A stretch of 64,000 nucleotides of DNA, from assembly GCF_006345805.1 (NCBI RefSeq), contig NC_042999.1, forward strand, positions 87,296,001 to 87,360,000, written 5' to 3'. The translations under genes and the position numbers were made by a program. The notes under the pieces are model-generated. The model saw nothing but the letters and a program-made list of their open reading frames with translations, was not told the DNA's origin and searched no databases. The DNA is from Octopus sinensis (taxonomy: Eukaryota). Position 1 is the stretch's first letter. The number at the start of each line of letters is the position of its first letter. This document shows positions 41,363 to 51,200 of this stretch, in pieces.

Positions 41363-44300
41363 CCATTATATATAATGAAGTTAGGTTCTCTATGTGGTGT
41401 CATTTATGAAAAATTAGTGCTTTAATCACTTGAGGCTTATTTCCTTTCAAACTTTACTCTTTTCCACCTCTTTATTTTTGTTGATACCAACATTTGGAAT
41501 GAAATATAAAAACAAAAACAAAAAAAAATATATAAGTTCCATTTTATGCTCTCTGCAATGTTTTAGTTCAGGTAGGTGAGTGCATTATTTTACTGCATTG
41601 AAATCATATCTAATTCTCTCTGTAAACAGAAAACTTATCGAACTCTTTCACAGGTGAAAAATCAAAATTTTCATTTTAGAAATATTAAAATCCATTTTGA
41701 AAATAATAAGCTACAGTAAAAATAGTTGGCTTAAAAGAAGATTGAAATCTTAGCAGTGATTTTGAATGTGGTGAAATTATTTGTATTTTTCAAGAGCATT
41801 CCATTAGTGTTTTTAAAATCATTTTTTTTTCTCTTATATTGGCTTGGCCATATAATATTTCCACTTTGAGTATGGTCTTGTATGAAATGTTGTGATCAGC
41901 AGCTATCTGTATCATTTACAGCAGAATCAATAATAAATATAATTTAAATCCAAACAGACCTATGGCAGACCATATTACACTGTCATTCATGCATCCATTC
42001 ATTCATTTTTCTCTTAATTCTTTCTCTCTTCAAAACAGAAATAATCACCTTAAGTCTGTGTGTGTGTGCATGCATGAGCCTGTGTATACATATGTTTGTG
42101 TGTGTTATTCTGTATTAAAAACATTTGATTCATTTTCAGAAAAAAGCAATGGCATTTGAATATTGCACCTATTGCAACAGAAGCATTGCCAAGACACAAA
42201 ACTTTTTTTTTCAAATAATTGCTCACTCTCTAAAACCTTTATTGTCTTGTGACTTCTTCTATCAAGCCTTGCAAATATAGTTTGCTTTTTTTATCAAACA
42301 ACATACTGAGATGCACTTAAAAGACATTGCTATAATATGAAAATGATATCAATGTAGATCAGTATGAAAATGTATGTCTTGACAGTGAATATTATTGTGC
42401 CAGCTGCAATGAAATACAGAACTGTTTTGAAATAATTTTTTTTTATTTCAATGTTCATCAGTTAGAAGTTAACTTTTATTAGGACAGTTCTTGACAAAGA
42501 ATACATTCAAATAGACATTTATGAGAAAAAGTTTATGATAAGTTTAGAGAGACATTTTATAAGGAAAACTGGTAGTAATATAACCTGCATATTGTTTAGC
42601 CTTTAAAACAAAGCAATATTGCAGTGGTAGGTATGTGCATTTAAATTATTACTCCATACAGAGTGGTAGATGTGTTCAACATATTGACAAAATTGAATTC
42701 ACTACAACTAACATGTTTGAAAAGTTAACACCAAATTTCAGCAGATAGAAATTGGGTTCTTGTCAGTATTCAGTGGACATGCCTTCTAGATAGACAACAT
42801 GGTTCTCCTCAGAGGTATTGTTGATTATTACTTATTCTCATCTTTTCAACACATTTTGCAAAGGACTAAATTATTGTCGCTTATTTTATATTTATGCAAA
42901 GTTTAGTTTGTGCGTTTTTTCCTTTGTATTCACAGGAAAAGTAAAGAAAAGCCAGTTAATGTTTACACCCTTAACTTTTAGTGTGCAATTTCATAACAAA
43001 AAAGAGACATTTTACTTAGATTTATGTCCTACGATATTTAACAGTTTTCAATAATAGCGTCATCAACAATTTGATGAAGTATTTTGTTATCATTTCTGCT
43101 TAAGAATCAAATCATTTTCTATAAGAGGGCAAGAGCCCCCACTTCCCTTATTAAAAAAAAAAAAAAAAAAAACTTAGCCATTGATACCTAACAATTGCAA
43201 CAGAAATGAAAGATGCTTCTTATGAATGCTTTAGACGTATGATATTACCTCTTGGAGGAAAGGTTTTTTTTATTGTTAAGTTTTCTTATTGGCATATCTG
43301 AGATTCTTATGTTGTGAGCACACCGACTGATACTGTTAAGAATAAGCCAAGTTTCTCTTTGAATTGAACATTAGTTATGTTAAATTTTCCTTCCTCTCAT
43401 CCATAAGACTATTGCACATGGTGATTTACTGTTTCAATTAAACTACTATTTGTTAAGTTTACTCATTACATCTGCCTCTCTGTCAGACTGAAATTGCGCA
43501 TAATGTTGTGTGAATTATTTTCTTTATTTTAGTTCTTTTAAAAAAACAACAAAAAAACAAAAAAAGAAACATGAAATGGTAACAACGGATCCTTGTTTGA
43601 ATCAATTGTTATTACATAATTTATGGTTCACTATATACAGTTAACTACCACATAATACAAAAGAGAAACACTGAAGGAAAAAAAAAAAGAAATGTATTTT
43701 TTGAATTTGTTTTTTTTTATTTTTGACTCGATTGTCAAATTCTAGATCTCCTGCTTTCACTTGAGGATGTTGAAAAGGCAGACGTAAACTTAGTTGTTGT
43801 TCATTTAACTTACATTCTCTAACATTTAGGTTTCCAGTGTTTGCGTTTATGATTTAAAAATAGCACAACCATACAGTAATGGTGGTGGTAGTAATAGTAG
43901 TAATAATTAGTAGTAGAAGTGCTATATACACTTTTGAAATTTTGTTTTTTAATATTTGATCTTTGATATTTAAATATTGTTTTTGTGAACTTTGTCAGAA
44001 GTTGAAATGACCATCTATCTTTGCTGTTTTACTGGAAAAGAATAATAGAAAGGAAATTTCCTTTGTGAAGATAACTCTCGTGGAAGTTAATGATTTTCTA
44101 AATTTTTAGTTTATGACACAGCCATATTGAGCCCTTCATTTATCTACTGTGCATTGTTGGTATTCCTTATGTGAATGTCTAGTAAATTGTCTTATTGAGA
44201 GAATATTTTATTCTAGTTAGTAAAATGATGTGAGAATATAAAGTCTGGATTGAATTTTGTTTTTCTGCAATCACTAGCAAATTAGAACTTATTTATACTT

Positions 44301-47300
44301 CAGTAAATGGTTTTTTTTAGTGTTTTTGATAAATTTGCTTTTTATACATAAGCTCCTCCTTATTGTTGGTAAGTTTCAATGACTAAGGTTAGCTAAATAT
44401 AACACAACTGCCTGATTATGGGTAATCCTCAAAGTGAAATTGGATTGTGTGGCAGGTCAGTAAGATACAAGTGAGCCAATTCTTTGACATATTATCACAC
44501 TATGCAATTGATTTTGCACTTTAGAATAAAAATAAAATCAAAACAACAATGACAAGAAAAATTACAGTCTGAGCATTGAAATGGTAAAAAGTATAAATGA
44601 ATTGTCTATTAAGTGTTTATTGCTTTCACTGGAAAAGTTCCAAGTTATGTACAAATAATCAAATTAATAAAAAGGCATGTAAAAACATTTAACTACTGAT
44701 GTCAAAATTGTTCAAGATTTCGTGTAAAACATTTTTATTTTGAAATTATAAATATTTTTCATGTTTTAATATATATAGAATTAGTTTTATTTTTGATGTT
44801 GGGATAAAGATAAAAAGTTTAATGCTTTGGGTAGATTTAAAAACATTGGGATTAAAAATTGGGGTGGGGAATAGTTTAAAATACTTTCTCATTTTTTTTT
44901 TTAAATAAAATTTGGATACCATGTGGAAATTTAATTACTGATGTTATCTCATTTAAAAAGGTTCTTCTATTTTTCTCAATGAAATTAATATATTTTAATT
45001 AGATCTTAAATAAGTAAAATTAAATTGTACAATCTAGTAAAAACACATGCTATCTCTGCAGGTGCTTTGGAATTTACATACATTTATGTATAATTGTATA
45101 TTTATACATAGACATATGAATTGAGAGGATGGATGTTCTATCTACAAGTGCATACAGTTATATACATTAATACAATGTCTCTAATAACCTGAAACCAACT
45201 GAACAGATTTAAGAGAAGGTGTTTATTGTCGATATCATATTTTGATTGACTCTGACTCCTCTTTTATCAGGCATTTGTATTTTAGGTTTATAAAGCAAGC
45301 ATATTTGACTAGTGACATCAGCAGACAACATCATTGAAACTAAATATTCTGTGTAAATTTTGATTTGTAGTTCTTCAGCTACTGAGCTATGAAAATTATT
45401 GCTTCTCGAATGAGTACTGTTATTGCTTGTCGAATGGGAACTATAATAAAAAGATATCCCTGAAGAGCAGAATTTATATTTTTGAATATTTTTTTTTCTT
45501 TTAAGTTAAGAGCGAACTTTTCACTTTGGAACAAACCGACATTCTTTGTTCATTTACAGCACAGCCATGTTAACTTAACATAGGTGCTTTGAGAAAGTTG
45601 AACACATTTGTTTTTTTCAGTCAACATATATCGATGTTCATAAATTGTTTAATCGATGTTAATTACAATTTCTCATCATAAGTTTAAATTTTAACATTTT
45701 CTTCACCTTATTTTATCCTTTTTTTTGTAATATATTTTCCTCTGTAAAATATTTACAGAGTTCACCAGTGGAAGAAATTTTTAAACACTCTGTTATTGCT
45801 CAGTGAATATTTAGTGGCAGTCTCATATTTTATATCAGCATGAAAATATATTGCTATAACATTTGTATATTTTTGCTGTACACATATGTATCCAGAGAGG
45901 TCATAATCTGTAAAATAAGACATCAAAGCAAAGATATATAAGGCCAGCTAAGGCTTATTAAAGATTTTACAAAGACAATTTTCAGCAGAGAATATTCAAT
46001 AAATTGCAGATTTTTAAAAGACAATACATTTTTTTTTTTAGATACTTTTTATATAGAATTAATTTTTAAAAATGTACAGTGTTAATTTTCATAAAACGTT
46101 TATATTGCTTGGAATTTAAACTTTATTTTAATATTATTTATATCTTTGAATTTTTTTTTTTAATTGGTTTCTCTTCCTTTCACCTTAGATAATTTCATAT
46201 TCAGTATATTTGGGAAACTTAATTACTGCCCACTTTTTGTTTTAGAACAAGTCTTTTGCTTTTAACTATCATTTAGTATATTTCAGTATTTACCTGTTCC
46301 AAATCTTATACTATTCTTCTATATGTTTTTCTCATTTTCTCTGGAACTATTTTTATTTTCTCATAATTTTTATATATATTATTTCTTTGCAAGTTACAAT
46401 TGAATTTCTTCAATTTCATTCATCAGTTTCAGTTTCATGCCCTACAATATTTATCAAGACAATTCATGCTTTCAAATTTCCTAAGATTTCCATTCCTCAA
46501 CATTTCAACTTGTCATTTTAAACTGAGGATTTTATTTCATCTGTTTTACTGATTATCTCTTTGCAGTGATTTATCATATTTAAACGATAATTTAATGTCA
46601 ATTGATATATATTTTAAACTATTGTTTTTCTTCAGTTGATTAACAAGAGATCAATGAGTCAGTGATCATATTGATTTTGAACTCTGATCATTTAGTATTT
46701 AGTTTCAATGTTCAATCATTAGTGCTTATCATAGTTTCAATTATGGAAGACTCTTCTTTATTAAATCTCTTTTGAAGATTGCTACGTACAGTTAGTTTTT
46801 GCTTAATTTGCTTATTAATTAGAAGAATATTTTGAGATATATTATTGTGTCCAGAAGAGAAACCATTGTGGTCTTAAATATTTATTGCTGTAATTTCAAC
46901 TTATCTCACTGTTTAATATCTTATCGAATAATAGAATTGGACAGGAAAAAAGAAAACATCACCCTTTTTATGTAAATGAGCCATTATAAAATTCTTTTGT
47001 GACTTAATGAGTCAAATACAACATTTATCATTTCTCTCATGTCTAGGAGGTAGACAAAAAAAAAAGAAAAAAAAAAGAGAGACCCCCTCCCTCCCCTTAC
47101 AAAAACAATGAGGTAAGAAAAAAGGTGTTTTTTTTTCTAAGAATTTTGATTTCATCTATTTTTGACCACATTAGAGGGTTTACATATATAACAAGAGCTT
47201 TCATTGGAATCTCCCATTCATTATTATGAACTCAGTAGTCGAAATAGTTGAGTTTGATTGATTCTGTTTCTTTTTTTTTTGACATGTTAATGAAATCTTT

Positions 47301-48186
47301 TTTTTTTTTAATAGAAGTCAATTTGTAGCTAACAGTTTATTAAGGGTTAGCTTCTTCCTCCTTAGATTATTACCCCCACCTGCACCCCATTCAGATTATT
47401 GAAATGAAGCTTTTTTTTGTTTTATTATATATAATTGAGCAAGCTATGAAAAAAAAATGGGTGAAAAAGATAGTAGTGTATGGTCACCATGTTCAACGAT
47501 AAACAGAATGAGTTTAATGTCAACCATAACAAGAATAACGTTGAATTAGTGTAGAAATTCTAAGGTCATGCATGGAAGTCAGCAAAAAAGAGTATGAGGA
47601 ATGAAAATTGCAGTTACCTATGTCAAAAGAAGTTGTTTGTGTAGAAATTATTATTATTATTATTAATATTATTATTATTATTATTATTATTATTGTATGA
47701 CAAATAGTGTTGGCTGGTGCAAGGTATTTTAATGTGTTCTGGAAATTTTCAGAAAATCATCAAGTGGTGGTGGTGGGGGGTAATGAATTATTTCTTTGTT
47801 TTTAAAAATGTTACTTTCCCAATTGAGATGGTGGGATAATTGCTACTTTAGACAAGTAGTTCTTCAACTGTTCTTGCATATAATAGGTACTTCAGCCGTT
47901 AGTGTATGTAACAATGGAATGTCTCTCATCCAAGTTATGTTACCTAACAGCAAAACACTTAGGCACCTCAACTGTTAGTGTTACCTAACACATAACAGCT
48001 AGGTTATATCAGCTATCAGTGTATTTACTAATGAAGCACCGACTACATCAGTTGGTAGTAGCTTATAACAACTACATAAAGTCTTTAATTAAAAATAAAA
48101 TAAGTAACATCTGATGGTTTTAGTTACACACACACACGCACACAAAATGTATGTTCCCTTAAAAGATGACATATCTTTAAAAGGAG

Positions 48187-48220
<34 letters not shown>

Positions 48221-51200
48221 GGGAGAGAGTGACTTGATGTAGACTGGTCATAATGTGATTCTGAAATGTGAAAGAATAAATTCCTCTTTTGATCTACACT
48301 ACTGGTCAAATAAATGAGCAACAGGTGTTTACCCACCTTTCTCTGGTTGTAAACACCTGCTGATTGATATAATAAACTTGTGGACATGTCAGACTTTGAT
48401 TGGGGGGGAAGTGATCAGTTAAGTGCCATTTGAAATTTGATTAACAATATCTCATCTGTCTCCCCAGGAACAACAGCAGTGGCTTTATGAGCCAGTTGAT
48501 ACTGCTGTCTTGATGGAGACAAAAATGGAAAAATTGAATAGGAAAATGGGGAGGGGGGAAATAAAAAAAAAAAAACCATCAGTTATAGTTCATATTCTAT
48601 GTATGACCATTTTCTTCAGTTTTAGTATTCAGTCATTACTATTGCTAGGTTGAGTTTATTGCTTTTTGATGTATTCTCTTGCTCAAGGAGAATTCCATTT
48701 TTTTTCCTTCTTGTGCTTCCTCACTCTTCACATTGCATCCTCAATATTCTGACAGAATCATCATGTTAATTATTTACGTATTCTATTATCGTTGTGTTTT
48801 TTTCTTCAACTTTCACAATTATTGTATAGTTTTTTGCTTTTTTTTCCTGTACTGTTTTCTTTTCTTACCACTGTTTTTAATAATTACCAGAATTTTTTTT
48901 CAGATTCCATGCAGCAAGGTTAATTGGTATTGCCAATATAAAGTAAGAGGGAGTTAGAGGGTGAGTGTGGGGGGGGGGAAATGTTTTTTTTTTTTATAGA
49001 GTACCTGTTAATATTTTTTTAAACTTTTTTTTTTCTTTGCTTTGTATTAATGGACAGTTGAACCCAGGTGGGTTTAATATTACTATGCTGCATTACCACA
49101 AGTTGTCTTCAGTCTGCCTAAAAAAAAAAAAAAGGATACAAAAGTTGATTAAAACTATGTTGTAATACACATTGTTTTGATTGTACATATTGTGAAATTG
49201 GAACATAATAGGAAGCATCTAATTATAAACTCAGACGTTTTCATTAATGTTTAATAGAATAGAGACCGTTAGAATGTTTAAAATAGATTGAATCTCAGAA
49301 ATGGTGCTTTGCAGCTATCTGATTTGCTGAGGAATGTGTATTTGCTGACCTGTGTTCATCAGAATAGTTTTTTTTTAAATTTAGACATATTTATAACCAA
49401 AAATGCAACTCATTCTCTTTCAGGTTTTCTTAATCTTGAAAATGATATTTGAAAATTTATGAAAGCTAATAACAACTTTGAAAAAATAAAAAAAATATGG
49501 TAACCATTATCTTCTTGACTTCTCATCTTACCTTGTCTTTATCTCTCTTTTTAGAAAAGGCATGGCAGGAACAGCATGAGGCAACTGAGGATCACTGCAT
49601 GCATGGTAGGCTGTGTCGGAACCGTGGAGCTTGTACAGGTTTTGTTCATTTCTTCTTCAGCTAAAACATATAACAACATTTTATGGTTTAATTTGCTTAG
49701 AATATTTATTTCTGAATAAAACACGTGTGTGATGTTCAATGAGTGATTAGGAATAAGAAGGAATAGAGATAAAGTTTACGATCTGAAATAAGATAGCATT
49801 GTCTGAAGGAATTTTTTTTGTTATTTTTAAAGATTTTATCTAAAGAAATCTTGATACCTGTTTTAATGAAGTAAAGTCCATTAATTTAATTGTATAAGTG
49901 TATGTGTGCATGAAAAGAAAGTATGAGAGAAGAAACACTGCTTAATAATCTCTGAAAAGTTTCAGCCATTTTGACTATTTCAGCAATGATTAGCCTGGAC
50001 GTCTGGTTGTTGAGATTGTATTAGATGTAGTAGTTTTAATTAACAGCAAAAGTAGTAATGATAACAATTATGCTTAATAACAAATGACAAACAAATTCTT
50101 TCCTTTTCCTTAGTTGGGAGTCGGTGTTATTTCATGCATCTTCTGTGTGGGAGTATTATAACACTAATGTCAGTTTTGGAAGCAGTTATTGCTCGTCACT
50201 CATATCAAATGCATCTCAGGTAGGTTGTGAATTTGATTTGCTAAACTATAATCTATTATCTCTTCTTACTCATGTTGTTTATAGTTTTCTTTTTCCCCAT
50301 CTTTCTAATTATTATTATTAATTTTTTTTTGTTGCATTTAAATTTGTGAAAAAAAGTTATGTGAGATAATGAAAGTCATTTAAGACTGTAAACTTAGTGC
50401 AATTGAATTGTTGGTGATGTCTGGTATTAGAAGTTTAATGAGAATTTCATAGAAGAAATAAAAATAGCATTTAATACTTAAGCACAAACCTGAAATTGTG
50501 GTGGGTGTAGGGAGCAAAGTATCAGAAATCAGTCTTCTTCACTGAACACAAAATTATAGAAAAAAGGAATTTCTGTTCTAATTTTTCTCATCTTTTATCT
50601 TACCTAATCCCTATTCTCTATCTCTACCTTCTGCCCTAAGTATGCCATCTCACTGCAGAGCATATTTTAATTTTGGCAGACACTCTGAACAGTTCTTAGT
50701 CTTTTACTCATGACTATTTCTGCAGTTAAGTATGCCAGTGCATCTGGTGCACTTAAATTTGTTTCTGTAATCAGTGTCAGGAAATGCAAAATTCTTTGAA
50801 ATATTTTTTGATGCTGTAAGATATTCAGTTTAAATTACATTTACCTGTCACAAATTACATTTACCTTTATTGTATGTAGATTACGGTAATCCAATTACGT
50901 TACCTGATACAAATTGCATTTATTTTTATAGTTTGTTGATTGTTACTTGTTGCACTAAATGTAATTATTGTTACCATGCTTAAGGTTTAGTTCTGTTTTT
51001 GTTCTTTCTTTTTAAAGTAAAGCTGAGTCTTCCATTCGAGTTGTACGGATTCAACTTAACAATGGTGAGCGTGTTGTTGGTATCCGTTACCCAGAACGTC
51101 TCATTGGTGAGGTTGAGAAAGTTCTCAGAGAACATCAGCTTGTCAATCAGTTGCAGATGATGAATAACAATGTTAGTATCCTTGCTATAATTTACCATAT

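Noticed and set aside
45396-45440. ttattgctt segments resembling the miR-137 5' end
   Set aside because: Similarity stops after about 9-10 nt; this is a short local duplication.
47341-47352. Telomerase-template-like agggttag
   Set aside because: Too short and imperfect for 1.5 TTAGGG repeats, and it is explained as one arm of a local hairpin.
30471-49554. Nested protein-coding gene in the long intron
   Set aside because: I found no chain of phase-compatible exons or recognisable protein on either strand, apart from LINE relics.
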